From NCBI GenBank assembly GCA_963798845.1, contig CAWCUS010000006.1, forward strand, positions 928,001-992,000: 64,000 bases of DNA, written 5' to 3'. The notes beneath the pieces were generated by a model. That model ran no database searches and was not told where the DNA came from. It saw only the letters and a program-made list of their open reading frames with translations. Position 1 is the first letter of the stretch. Every line of letters starts with the position of its first letter. Below are positions 7,879 through 19,100 of the stretch, one piece after another. Made by a program: the position numbers and the translations under genes. The stretch is from an uncultured Gemmatimonadales bacterium. Its GTDB lineage: Bacteria > Gemmatimonadota > Gemmatimonadetes > Longimicrobiales > RSA9.

Positions 7879-9651
7879 ATGAGGAGAGCACGCGCGGGCG
7901 AGGCGGTGTGCGCCCTGGTTTGGCTGGCCGGAGTGCTGGCGGGGTGTGGCGCTCCTGCGGTGCCTGCGTCGTCTCCGCCTGTCGAGCGGCGGTGGCCGGC
8001 CGATTTCGCTGCGCAGGTGATGGTGCCGGCGGAGGCACCGGCCCGGGCGGACTCGGGGATGGTGGTGTCGGCGCAGCTGCTGGCGAGCCAGGTGGGCGCG
8101 CAGGTGCTGCGCGAAGGCGGCAACGCAGTGGACGCCGCGGTGGCGACCGGGCTGGCGCTGGCAGTGGTGTACCCGCGGGCCGGCAACATTGGGGGCGGCG
8201 GGTTCATGGTCGTGCGGCTGCCGGACGGGCGGGCGACGACCGTGGACTTCCGGGAGCGGGCGCCGGCGGCCGCTGGCGCGGGGATGTGGCTGGACTCGGC
8301 GGGCGAATACAGCCAGACGCTGCACCACATGAGCTACCGGTCCGTGGGTGTGCCCGGGACCGTGGCGGGATTCGAGTTCGTGCACGGGCGGTACGGCCGC
8401 CTGCCGTGGGCGGACCTGGTGGAGCCGGCTGTCCGGCTCGCGCGCGACGGATTCGAGCTGACGCCCGGGCTGGCGGCATCGCTGGCGGGCGTGCTCCCGG
8501 ATCTGGCGAAGTACCCGGCGAGCGTGGCGGCGTACACGGACCATGGCCGCCCGTACGAGGCTGGGGAGGTGCTGCGCCAGCCGGACCTGGCCGCAACACT
8601 GGAGCGGATCCGGGACCGGGGTGCCGCCGGCTTCTATCGGGGTGAGACCGCGCGCCTGATCGCGGCGGAGATGGAGCGGGGCGGTGGGCTGATCACGGCC
8701 GAGGACCTGGCGGCCTACCGTGCAGTGGAGCGTGCTCCGGTGACCGGGACGTACCGCGGCTACGGTATCATTGGGATGCCGCCGCCGTCGAGCGGCGGGG
8801 TGGTGCTGGTGGAGATGCTGGACATCCTCGAGGGGTACGACCTCGGGTCGATGCGGCACAACGGGGCGGAGTACCTGCACTATCTGGCGGAGGCGATGCG
8901 CCGGGGCTACCGCGACCGGGCGCGGTACCTGGGCGACCCCGACTTCGTCGACATGCCGGTGGAGCGGCTGACGAGCAAGGCGTACGCGGCGGAGCAGCGC
9001 GCGACCATCGACCCGTACGCGGCCTCGGAATCGGCCGTGGAGGATGTGCAGCCGGCGTCGGAGAGCAGGGAAACGACGCACTACTCGGTGGTGGACGGCG
9101 ACGGCATGGCGGTCGCGACGACCTACACGCTGGAATACAGCTACGGGTCGCGGATCGTCGTGGCCGGAGCGGGCTTTCTGCTCAACAACGAGATGGGCGA
9201 CTTCAACGCGGCGCCCGGGCTGACCACACGCGGCGGCCTCATCGGGACGGAGGCCAACCTCGCCGCTCCCGGCAAGCGGATGCTGTCGAGCATGACGCCG
9301 ACGATCGTGACGCGCCCGGACGGGACGCTGTTCGCGGTCATCGGCACGCCGGGCGGCCGGACCATCATCAACTCGGTCCTTCAGGTGACGCTCGACCTCA
9401 TCGATTTCCACATGGGCGTCCTGGAGGCGGTGGAGGCGCCGCGGATCCACGAGCAGTGGCTCCCCGACCGCGTCACCATGGAGTGGGCGGCGTGGGGCGA
9501 CACGGTGATCGCAGACCTGGAGCAGCGCGGGTACGTGCTGGACGTGGGCGGGACGCAGGGCACCGTTCACGCCATCGAGATCGCCCCGGACGGCACACGA
9601 CTGGGGGCGCCCGACCCGCGCGACCCCGACGCGGCCGCGGTGGGCAACTAG
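7879..9651 (+). CDS. ggt: Gamma-glutamyltransferase
   Basis: GGNAVDAAVA, GNIGGGGF, DFRERAP, ETTHYSVVD (catalytic Thr), LNNEMGDF, KRMLSSMTP and GTPGG. Confidence 0.95.
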   Translation: MRRARAGEAVCALVWLAGVLAGCGAPAVPASSPPVERRWPADFAAQVMVPAEAPARADSGMVVSAQLLASQVGAQVLREGGNAVDAAVATGLALAVVYPRAGNIGGGGFMVVRLPDGRATTVDFRERAPAAAGAGMWLDSAGEYSQTLHHMSYRSVGVPGTVAGFEFVHGRYGRLPWADLVEPAVRLARDGFELTPGLAASLAGVLPDLAKYPASVAAYTDHGRPYEAGEVLRQPDLAATLERIRDRGAAGFYRGETARLIAAEMERGGGLITAEDLAAYRAVERAPVTGTYRGYGIIGMPPPSSGGVVLVEMLDILEGYDLGSMRHNGAEYLHYLAEAMRRGYRDRARYLGDPDFVDMPVERLTSKAYAAEQRATIDPYAASESAVEDVQPASESRETTHYSVVDGDGMAVATTYTLEYSYGSRIVVAGAGFLLNNEMGDFNAAPGLTTRGGLIGTEANLAAPGKRMLSSMTPTIVTRPDGTLFAVIGTPGGRTIINSVLQVTLDLIDFHMGVLEAVEAPRIHEQWLPDRVTMEWAAWGDTVIADLEQRGYVLDVGGTQGTVHAIEIAPDGTRLGAPDPRDPDAAAVGN

Positions 9652-9661
9652 AGCCCGGCCG

Positions 9662-10421
9662 CTACCACCAGCGGGCTTCCGCCCGGGTCGGCCGCAGGGG
9701 AGCCCTCCCACGCTTGGCCGCGACGCGATTCCGGTTCTCGAACAGCTTGATCAGGAGCACGCCGGCGATGAAGCCGCCGATGTGCGCGAATACGGCAACG
9801 CCGCCGGTGGCGGAGGGGCTCACCGAGCCGGCGAGCACCTGGAGGGCGAACCACTCGCCCAGGATGAGCCAGGCGGGGATCGGGATCACCCGGATGAAGA
9901 TGATGATGATGAAGAGGGTGTGGATCCGGACGCGCGGGTAGAGCAGCAGGTACGCGCCCATCACTCCGCTGATCGCGCCCGAGGCCCCGACGGTGGGAAT
10001 GGGTGATCCCGGCGCGCTGTACACGTGGGTGACGGCGGCGATGGTGCCGGTGAGCAGGTAGAAGACCAGAAAGCGAACGTGCCCCGTGCTGTCCTCGATG
10101 TTGTTCCCGAAGATCCACAGGAACCACATGTTGCCCAGCAGGTGCAGCCAGCCGCCGTGCAGGAACATGCTCGTGAACACTGCCAGCCCAGCGGAACCCG
10201 CCCAGCTCGCACGGGAGCGCGTGCACCCCCGGTGGCAGCGGCGCGAGGCGGCCCGTGAGCTCGGCCGGTATGGCGCCGAAGGCGCACACCGAGTCGCGCA
10301 GCACGGTCGGCTCGATTCCCGCACCCTGGATCATCACCCAAACCGCCACGTTGATGGCGATGAGCAGGATGGTGATGATAGGGAAGCTGTCGGTCGGGTT
10401 GTCGTCGTAGAGAGGGAACAT
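9662..10421 (-). pseudogene. Rhomboid intramembrane serine protease, split by a +1 frameshift near 10187-10189
   Basis: The N-terminus MFPLYDDNP is in one frame; TSMFLHGGWLHLLGNM, GASGAI and AHIGGF are in another. Removing one G from the minus-strand TGGG restores FRWLAVFTSM. May be a sequencing error. Confidence 0.85.
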
Positions 10422-10660
10422 GGAAGCAACCTAGGCGGCCGCCGCCGTCCGCGGGAGACGGGGCGGCGTTCGACCCGACTGTCCGGAAATGGGCGGGTCG
10501 GTCCGGTTCCGGTACAGCGGCGGCCTCCGGGGGCGCCGGGCTCAGGCTGGTTCAAATCTCCATTTCACAGGCGCTTCCGGAGTGCGCCGCCCGTGTGGCA
10601 CCGTGGTTGCCCCCTGGACTCCGCCGTCGGCCGTCGCCACCCCCCCTGACCGGTGTCTCC

Positions 10661-13090
10661 ATGCGCGACCTGATCCGCGACCTCCGTCTCGCCTTCCGCA
10701 CGCTGCGACGCCGTCCGCTCTTCCTCGGGGCCGCCGTGCTGACGCTCGCCCTCGGGACGGGGGCGGGGGCAGGTGTGTTCAGCGTGGTGGAGTCGTCACT
10801 GATCCGGCCGCTGCCGTTCCGGGAGCCGGACCGGCTCGCGGTGGTCTGGGGCGTGGCGGGCCCGGAGCGGGACGTGCGGGGTGCGTCCGTGGTGGAGATC
10901 CGCGACTGGGACGAGGCTGTGGACGCGCTGGGGCCACTGTCGCGCTACAACGCGACGACCGTGAACGCGAGCGGCGAGGGGGAGGCGACGCAGCTCCGAG
11001 CGGAGATGGTGTCGCCGGGCTTCTTCGGGATCCTGGGGGTGGCGCCGGCGCTCGGCCGCGCGCTCGTCGCCGAGGACGACGAGCCCGGCGCGGCCGGGAG
11101 CGCGGTGATCTCGTACGACCTCTGGCAGCGGCGGTACGGAGGTGACGGCGCTGTGCTGGGTCGGGAGGTCCTGCTGAACGGGACATCGTTCTCGATCGTG
11201 GGCGTGATGCCGGCGGGGTTCAGGGGTCTGAGCTTCGACACGGAGGTGTGGCTGCCGCTGGGCCCGTTCGCGACGCCCGACCTCTTCGCGCAACGGGGCG
11301 GTCGCTGGCTCGCGGCGGTAGGCCGGCTTGCGCCGGGGGCGGGAATGGACGCCGCACAGGCGCAGCTGGACGCGGTCGCGGCGAGGCTGGCCGAGGCGTA
11401 CCCCGAGACCAACGGTGACCGCGGCGCGATGCTGCTCCCGCTCCGCGACTTCTACGTGGCGGGCAGCCGATCGCTCCTGCTCATGGTGCTGGGCGCCGTC
11501 GCGCTCCTGATCGCGGTGGCCTCCGCCAACGTGGCCAACCTGCAGCTGGTGCGGGCGCTGGAGCGGAACCGCGAGCTGGCCGTGCGCCACGCCCTGGGTG
11601 CCGGTCGGGGCCGGATCGCGCGGGAGCTTCTGGCGGAGAGCGTCGTCCTGGCGATCCTCGGTGGGGCGGCGGGGCTGGCGCTGGCGTGGCTCGGGCTTGG
11701 CGCGCTCGTGCCGCTGATCCCGGTGGGAGTCCTGCCGCCCTACGCCTCGCCGTCGGTGGACCTGCCCGTTCTGGCGTTCGGCCTGGGCGTTGCGCTGCTC
11801 ACGGGACTGGCGTTCGGGCTGGTCCCGGCGCTCAGGGGCGGGATCGTGGACGTGGGGGCCGTGCTGCGGAGCGGCGGCCAGAGGATGACGCAGGGAAGCG
11901 GCTCGCGGCGCCGCGCGGGGGCGCAGCAGGTCATCGTGGTGGGGGAAGTCGCCCTGACGCTGGTCCTGCTGGTGGGGGCGGGGATGGCGCTCCGGAGCCT
12001 GCGGGAGCAGCTGGCGATCCGGCCCGGGTTCCGGGCGGATGGCGTGCTCGCGGCGACGGTGTCGCTCTCGGGCGCCGACTACGATCGGGCCGGCAGGGCG
12101 GCGTTCGCCCGGGACCTTCTGGAGCGCGTCGAATCCGTGGCGGGCGTGGACGCCGCGGCCCTGACGTCGGACCCGCCGCTGCGCGGGAGCTCGAGCGCCG
12201 CATTCATCTTCCGGGCGGAGGACCCGGTCTCGCCGGAGACCCGGATCCGCTTCTACCGCCACTCGGTGACGCCATCCTTCTTCGCGACGCTGGGCATCCC
12301 CATCGTGCGCGGTCGCGGCTTCACCGACGCGGACGAGGAGGGCTCCCCGCCGGTGGTGGTGGTGAGCGAGGCGTTCGCGGCCCGGGTGTGGCCGGGCCAG
12401 GGTGCCTTGGGCCGCCGCGTCCTGCTCGGCGACGACACCGCCACCGTGGTCGGAGTGGCCGGCAACGTCAGGCAGCGCACGCTCACCACCAGCCTCATGG
12501 ACCCGGGTGAGGATCCAGACGTCTACATCGCCTACGCGCAGCTTCCCACGGGGAGCTTCGACATCCTGGCGCGGACCCGCCGCGACGCCGGGCTCCTGGC
12601 CGCGCCGATCCGAGCGCAGCTGAGCGCGCTGGACCCGTCGCTCCCGCTGTTCGCGGTGGCCCCGCTCGGCGATGCCCTGGCGGCGCAGACGGCGCTCTCC
12701 CGGCTCGTCTCCGTGCTTCTCGGCGTGTTCGCCGCGCTGGCGCTCGCCGTCGCGGCCGTCGGGCTCTACGGCGTGCTGGCATTCGTGGTCCGGGGGCGCA
12801 GGAAGGAGCTCGCCGTTCGGTCCGCCATGGGCGCGGAGCCGTGGCAGCTGCTGGCCGACGTGGTGCGCCACGGCCTCGTGCTCGGGGCCATCGGGGTGGC
12901 GATCGGCCTCGCGGGCGCCGTGGCCGCCGGCCGTCTCGCCGCTTCGCTCCTCTACGGAGTGGGGGCGGTCGAGCCGCTGGTGCTCGCCGGCACGGCGCTG
13001 CTCCTGCTCCTCATCACCGCGGCAGCGAGCTGGCTCCCGGCCCGACAGGCGACGCGGGTTGATCCCGCCGGGGTGCTGGCGGAGGAATAG
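10661..13090 (+). CDS. Duplicated MacB/FtsX-type ABC permease (ADOP-like)
   Basis: MRDLIRDLRLAFRTLRRRP, RPLPFREPDRL, ANVANLQL..RELAVRHALGA, and a second repeat ending PARQATRVDP. Confidence 0.9.
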   Translation: MRDLIRDLRLAFRTLRRRPLFLGAAVLTLALGTGAGAGVFSVVESSLIRPLPFREPDRLAVVWGVAGPERDVRGASVVEIRDWDEAVDALGPLSRYNATTVNASGEGEATQLRAEMVSPGFFGILGVAPALGRALVAEDDEPGAAGSAVISYDLWQRRYGGDGAVLGREVLLNGTSFSIVGVMPAGFRGLSFDTEVWLPLGPFATPDLFAQRGGRWLAAVGRLAPGAGMDAAQAQLDAVAARLAEAYPETNGDRGAMLLPLRDFYVAGSRSLLLMVLGAVALLIAVASANVANLQLVRALERNRELAVRHALGAGRGRIARELLAESVVLAILGGAAGLALAWLGLGALVPLIPVGVLPPYASPSVDLPVLAFGLGVALLTGLAFGLVPALRGGIVDVGAVLRSGGQRMTQGSGSRRRAGAQQVIVVGEVALTLVLLVGAGMALRSLREQLAIRPGFRADGVLAATVSLSGADYDRAGRAAFARDLLERVESVAGVDAAALTSDPPLRGSSSAAFIFRAEDPVSPETRIRFYRHSVTPSFFATLGIPIVRGRGFTDADEEGSPPVVVVSEAFAARVWPGQGALGRRVLLGDDTATVVGVAGNVRQRTLTTSLMDPGEDPDVYIAYAQLPTGSFDILARTRRDAGLLAAPIRAQLSALDPSLPLFAVAPLGDALAAQTALSRLVSVLLGVFAALALAVAAVGLYGVLAFVVRGRRKELAVRSAMGAEPWQLLADVVRHGLVLGAIGVAIGLAGAVAAGRLAASLLYGVGAVEPLVLAGTALLLLLITAAASWLPARQATRVDPAGVLAEE

Positions 13091-13110
13091 CGGCTCGGGC
13101 GGATCGTCGT

Positions 13111-13950
13111 CTACCGGCTCCCGCCGCCCGGCGCGATGCCGCGCAGGAAGCCGAAGACAGACGGCCAGGCCTGCCGGATCGCCTCCAGGTTGGCCCCGTC
13201 CCGCCCCGATTGCTGCCGTGCGAACCCATGGCCGGCCCCGGGGAATACGTGCGCGGTGTAGCGGCCGCCGAGCACCGACTCGGCCCGCGGGACAGTGGCG
13301 GTGACGCGCGCATCATCGCCGCCGTACAGACCGAGCACGGGGGTGCGCACGCGCCCGAGAGCGGCCGAGTCCGGCGACGTGCCATAGAAGACGATGGCCG
13401 CCATGAGGCTGTCCGCATAGCGCGTGGCGTGCTGGAAGGAGGTGGTGCCTCCCCAGCAGAAGCCCAGGGTCGCGTACCGTGGCTGCGCGGCGGGAAGGCC
13501 CATGGCGTACTCGGCCGCGGCCCGGATCCTCCGCTGAACCTGGTCGGCGTCGAGCTCCCGGATGGCGGCTACCGCGGCCTGCCGCTCGGGGTCGCCTGCC
13601 CCCGTGGTGGGGATGTCCTGGCCCGACAGCAAATCCGGAGCGACGGCCAGGTAGCCCTGCTTCGCCACGTCGTCCGCCACCGCGCGGACCCAGTTGGTGA
13701 GGCCGAAGATCTCGTGGATGACGACGACCACCGGCGCAGGCCCGCTCCGCTCCGGGTAGACGACCCAGGCCCGCAGGCTGTCCGCGCCGCCGGCGGACAC
13801 GGTCACCCATTCGCCATGGCGGGGTGATGCGTTCAGGGCGTCGACGGCGTGCTCGGCGTCGGGTGGAAGGACGTCGCCCGGCGCCTGCGCCCGGGCCTGG
13901 GCGGCGAACAGGGTCAGCGCGAGGACGAAGGTGAAACGTGTGCGGGGCAT
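13111..13950 (-). CDS. Dienelactone hydrolase family protein with signal peptide
   Basis: IHEIFGL, GFCWGG nucleophile motif, D (GGDDARV) and H (AGHGF). Confidence 0.92.
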   Translation of the reverse strand: MPRTRFTFVLALTLFAAQARAQAPGDVLPPDAEHAVDALNASPRHGEWVTVSAGGADSLRAWVVYPERSGPAPVVVVIHEIFGLTNWVRAVADDVAKQGYLAVAPDLLSGQDIPTTGAGDPERQAAVAAIRELDADQVQRRIRAAAEYAMGLPAAQPRYATLGFCWGGTTSFQHATRYADSLMAAIVFYGTSPDSAALGRVRTPVLGLYGGDDARVTATVPRAESVLGGRYTAHVFPGAGHGFARQQSGRDGANLEAIRQAWPSVFGFLRGIAPGGGSR

Positions 13951-14040
13951 GACGCGCTCCTGGTCCGAGGGGAGAGGTCGGGCGCCGGGACGTGGCCGGA
14001 GAGCCAAGATGAAGCCGTCCGGCGCGTCGGGACAAGGCGG

Positions 14041-14577
14041 TCAACCGTACTTGTGCAGGATTCTCCGCACGGTGTTCAACGTACGCATCGTACTGCTCGC
14101 TCCGCCGGTGAGGCGGCCCGGATCGGAGGCCGGGATGACGGAGTCGCTCAAACGCCCTCGTCGGAACCAGAAGATCTCGCGGCCACGGGCCCTGAACAGG
14201 TCGTCGGGCGTCTCCATTGACGCGAGATCGCGCAGCACGGAATCGGGCGGCGCGGCGTGCAGGAAGATGACGTGGACCTTGAACCCTTCCTGCTCGGCGG
14301 CGGCCGCTTCCGGGAATGCGGCGACCTGCTCGAGCGCGTGCATCCGGCGAAGGAAGGTATCGACCGGGTAGGCCAGCGACGCCTCCAGGTGCGAGCCGAG
14401 GCGGGTGGCAAGGGCATCCACGTCCTCGCCCGGGTCGTCGAACACCACGTTCCCGCTGGCCAGGAAGGTGGCCACGTTCGCCAGACCGGCGGCGGCGACG
14501 ACTTCGGACAGCCGGTCCATGGTCAGCCGTCGCCTCCCCAGGTTGATGCCGCGGAGGAATGCGACGATCCGGAGCAC
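14041..14577 (-). CDS. DUF1697 family protein
   Basis: AFLRGINLG, VATFLASGNVVF and STMRTLNTVRRI. Confidence 0.85.
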   Translation of the reverse strand: MLRIVAFLRGINLGRRRLTMDRLSEVVAAAGLANVATFLASGNVVFDDPGEDVDALATRLGSHLEASLAYPVDTFLRRMHALEQVAAFPEAAAAEQEGFKVHVIFLHAAPPDSVLRDLASMETPDDLFRARGREIFWFRRGRLSDSVIPASDPGRLTGGASSTMRTLNTVRRILHKYG

Positions 14578-14609
14578 GCGCCGGGGGCTGCCCGGTCATC
14601 ATGCCGGCC

Positions 14610-16007
14610 TCACGAGAGACCCGTGGTGGCAGGCGTGCGCGGAGGCGAGTCGGGGTCGAAGACCAGGCGTTTCAGCTCCCGCCGCATGCGCACCCGCACC
14701 CGGGCGACGAGGAACAGCGCTACCCCGGCGAGCCCCACCGTGAGCCCCCACCAGAGACCCCGTGGGCCGGCGCCGGTCGCGAACGCGAGGTACACCCCGA
14801 CGGGAAGTCCCAGCATCCAGAACGAGACGAGGTTGGCGATGAAGGGCGCGGTGGTGTCGCCCACGCCGCGCAGCACGCCCGCGCTCACGACCTGGAGGCC
14901 ATCGAACACCTGGAACACGCCCGCGATCGGGATCAACGAGAGGGCCACGGCCGTGACGGCCGGGTCGTCGGTGTACAGGTTCGTGAGCAGCGCCGGCGAG
15001 GTCAGGAAGAGCACGGCCGTACAGCTCATGAACCCCACGCCGCTGGTGAGCGCGGCCGCCACGGCGCTGCGCGCGCCCGCGCTGTCGCTCCTCCCCACCG
15101 CCTGGCCGACGCGCACCGACCCTGCCTGTCCGATGCCGAGCGGGACCATGAACGTGAGGGAGGCGAGGTTGATCGCCACCTGGTGCCCGGCCATCTGCTC
15201 GGTCCCGAGCCATCCCATCAGCAGGGCGACGGCGCCGAACGCGCCGACCTCGAGCTGCATCTGCGCGCCCACCGGGGCGCCGAGACGGAGCATGCGCAGG
15301 AGGGGCCGGAGGCGCAGCATCTCGCGCCTGTCGGCCTTCAGGTAGGGGCCGAGACGGGCGAACGCGAGGGCGCCCAGCCCGAGGAACATGGTCCAGCGAC
15401 TGACGGTCGAGGCCCATCCGGTCCCCACCGGCCCGAGGGCCGGAAGCCCGAAGCGCCCGAACACGAGCGTCCAGTTGAGCGCCACGTTGACCACGTTGGC
15501 GGCGACAATGGCGATCACCACCGGCCGGACGCGATCCATGGACTGGAGCGTCTGGCGCAGCACGACAAAACCAAAGAACGCGACGATACCGGGCGTCGCC
15601 GCGTCGACGTAGCCGGCCGCCAGCGTGATCACGTCCGCGGGCTGGCGGAGCAGGATCATGACGGGACGCGCAAGCGCCAGGGGCACGAGCGCCAGGAGCG
15701 ACAACACGCCGGCAAGCACGAGCCCGCGCTGGAGCCCCCGGGCGATGGCGGGCTCGTCCTCCGCCCCCACGGCCTGGGAGATGACCGGGTCCAGCGCGAA
15801 GAGCACGCCCATCCCGAACACCGCCACCCCGAAGAAGTACAGGTTGCCGAGGGCGACGGCGGCGAGCGCGGTACCCGAGACGCGCCCGACCATCATGGTA
15901 TCCACCACCCCCATCAGCATGAGACCGACCTGCACCGTGACGATCGGCACGGCGAGGCGGATGAGCGACGCGAACTCGCGGGCGGGCGGGAAGGCGGGGG
16001 TGCGCAT
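14610..16007 (-). CDS. MATE-family efflux transporter (NorM-like)
   Basis: VVDTMMVGR, RLGAPVG..EVGAF, FQVFDGLQV..GVLRGVGDT and about 12 hydrophobic segments. Confidence 0.92.
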   Translation of the reverse strand: MRTPAFPPAREFASLIRLAVPIVTVQVGLMLMGVVDTMMVGRVSGTALAAVALGNLYFFGVAVFGMGVLFALDPVISQAVGAEDEPAIARGLQRGLVLAGVLSLLALVPLALARPVMILLRQPADVITLAAGYVDAATPGIVAFFGFVVLRQTLQSMDRVRPVVIAIVAANVVNVALNWTLVFGRFGLPALGPVGTGWASTVSRWTMFLGLGALAFARLGPYLKADRREMLRLRPLLRMLRLGAPVGAQMQLEVGAFGAVALLMGWLGTEQMAGHQVAINLASLTFMVPLGIGQAGSVRVGQAVGRSDSAGARSAVAAALTSGVGFMSCTAVLFLTSPALLTNLYTDDPAVTAVALSLIPIAGVFQVFDGLQVVSAGVLRGVGDTTAPFIANLVSFWMLGLPVGVYLAFATGAGPRGLWWGLTVGLAGVALFLVARVRVRMRRELKRLVFDPDSPPRTPATTGLS

Positions 16008-16156
16008 GGGCGGGAGGATAATCGAAGTCGCCGTAGCGCGGGAGGGCGGAGCCGCACGCCCCTGGCGCCGCCTCGATCGCGCGCCCAGTTTCCGGGCGGC
16101 CCCCCCCAACGTACGGACGTCACGACACGAACACCCCGAAGACGGGAACGGCAACC

Positions 16157-19100
16157 ATGAGGATGGCACGCTCGCTGCTCGCGCTCACGCTCCTCTCGCT
16201 GGCGGCCGCCCCGGTGGCGGCGCAGGAGGACAGCTCATCCACCTACCGCGGTCTTGCCCTGCGGGAGATCGGGCCGGCCATGACGTCGGGGCGGATCGCC
16301 GACCTCGCGGTGAATCCCGCCAATCCGGCGGAGTACTACGTGGCCACCGCCTCCGGTGGCGTCTGGAAGACGACGGACGCCGGGATCAGCTACCGTCCGA
16401 TCTTCGACCACGAGGGCTCCTACTCCATCGGCGTGGTGGCGCTCGACCCGTCGAACCCGCACGTGGTATGGGTGGGGACGGGGGAGAACAACGCGCAGCG
16501 CAGCGTGTCCTACGGCGACGGCGTCTACAAATCGGAGGACGGCGGGAAGAGCTGGAAGCGGGTGGGGCTGGAGTCCAGCGAGCATGTCGGCCGGATCGTC
16601 ATCGACCCCCGCAACACGGACGTGGTGTACGTCGCGGCGCAGGGCCCGGTGTGGAGCGCGGGCGGCGACCGGGGGCTGTACAAGACCACGGACGGCGGGA
16701 AGACGTGGTCGAAGGTGCTGGATGTCAGCGAGAACACGGGCGTGACCGACCTCGTCATGGATCCGCGCGACCCGGACCTGCTCATCGCGGCGGCGTGGCA
16801 GCGGCGGCGTCACGTGTGGACCTACATCGGCGGGGGCCCCGAGTCGGCGCTGTACCGGTCCACGGACGGCGGCGCGAGCTGGACGAAGCTGACGAAGGGC
16901 CTCCCTTCCGGCGACGTGGGTCGCTACGGCCTCTGCATCTCCCCGGCTGACCCGGACTTCATATACGCCATAGTGGAAGCGAGCGGGGAGCAGGGCGGCG
17001 TGTACCGGTCCACCGACCGTGGCGCATCGTGGACGAAGCGCGACAGCTACAACGGCAGCGGCAACTACTACAACGAACTGATCTGCGACCCAAAGAATCG
17101 GGACGTCGTGGCGGCCATGGACACGTACGCCATGATCACCACCGACGGCGGGAAGACGTGGGAGCGGCTGGGCGAGAAGAACAAGCACGTGGACAACCAC
17201 GCGCTCTGGATCGACCCGGCCGACACCGACCATTACCTGATGGGCACGGACGGCGGGCTCTACGAGAGCTACGACCGGGGCGCCAGCTGGCAGTTCAAGC
17301 CAAACCTGCCGGTGACCCAGTTCTACGACGTTGCCCTGGACAACGAAAAGCCGTTCTACAACGTGTACGGCGGCACCCAGGACAACTTCTCCATGGGCGG
17401 GCCGTCACGGACCATCTCCAGCGCGGGCATCGTGAACGCGGACTGGTTCGTCACGGCGGGCGGCGACGGGTTCCAGAGCCAGGTGGACCCGGAGAACCCG
17501 GACATCGTCTACGCGGAGAGCCAGTATGGCGGGCTGCAGCGCTACGATCGGAAGAGCGGCGAAGGGGTGTACATCCAGCCGCAGCCGGAGAAGGGGGAGG
17601 CGCTGCGCTGGAACTGGGACTCGCCGCTCCTGATCAGCCCCCACTCGCCCACGCGGCTCTACTTCGCCGCCAACCGGCTGTACCGCAGCGAGGATCGGGG
17701 CGACAGCTGGCGCGCCATCAGCCCGGACCTGTCTCGGCAGCTCGATCGGAACAAGCTCCCCGTCATGGGCAGGGTGTGGGGGATGGACGCGGTGGCGAAG
17801 AACGCCTCCACCACGATCTACGGCAACGCGGTGGCGCTGACCGAGTCGCCGGTGCAGGAGGACCTGCTGTACCTGGGCACGGATGACGGCCTGATCCAGG
17901 TGACCGAGGACGCCGGAGGGCAGTGGACCCGGTACGATCGGTTCCCGGGCGTGCCGGAGCGGACGTACGTGGACGCCGTCATCGCCTCGCGGCACGATGC
18001 GTCGACCGTTTACGCGGCGTTCAACAACAAGAAGAACGGGGACTTCAAGCCGTACCTGGTGAAGAGTACGGACAAGGGGAAGCACTGGGCGTCCATCGCA
18101 GGGGACCTCCCGGAGCGCGGCTCCGTGTACACGCTCGCCGAGGATCCGGTGGACCCGCAGCTCCTCTTCGCGGGCACGGAGTTCGGCGTCTTCTTCACGC
18201 GCGACAGCGGTCAGCACTGGGTCCAGCTGAAGGGCGGGATACCGACGATCGCCGTGCGCGACCTGAAGATCCACGAGCCGGAGAACGACCTGGTGCTCGC
18301 CACGTTCGGACGCGGATTCTGGGTCCTGGACGACTACTCTCCGCTGCGCGGCGCCGACGCGGCGACGCTGTCCGCGGACGCGCACATCTTCCCGGTCCGC
18401 GACGCGCTCCTCTATATCGTGAAAGATCCGTTCGCCTACGCCGGGAAGGGGTTCCAGGGAGAGAGCTACTACGGCGCGGACAACCCGCCGTTCGGGGCGG
18501 TCTTCACGTACTATCTGAAGGACGACATCGAGACGCGGGAGGAGGCGAGGCACGAAGCGGAGAAGGAGACCGCGAAGGCCGGGCGGGACGTCGCCTACCC
18601 GAGCTTCGAGGAGATGCGAGCGGAGGACCGGGAGCAGGACCCCTACCTGCTATTCACCATCACGAAGCCGTCGGGCGACGTGGTGCGCCGCATCGCGGCG
18701 AAACCGTCGAAGGGGATGCACCGGATCGCGTGGAACCTGCGCTACCCGGCCAGCACGCCGGTGGACGCGAGCGGCGCGTTCAAGCCGCTGGAGGAGGGGC
18801 GTGACGGGCCCTACGTCGCGCCCGGTGCGTACCGCGTATCTCTCGCCAGGGTGGTGGACGGGGTGCCGACCGAGCTGGTGGCGCCCGTCGAGTTCCAGGT
18901 GGTGCCGCTGAACAACGCGACGCTGGCCACGAGCGACCGCGACGCGCTGGTCGCGTTCCAGCAGGAGGCGGACGCGCTGCTTGGCCAGGTGATGAGGGCG
19001 TCGCGTCGCCTGGACGAGGCAGCGACCACGCTGGCCAGCGTGAAGCAGGCCACGCTCCGATCCACCCGCGTGCCCACGAGCGTGCTTCAGCAGGCGAGGG

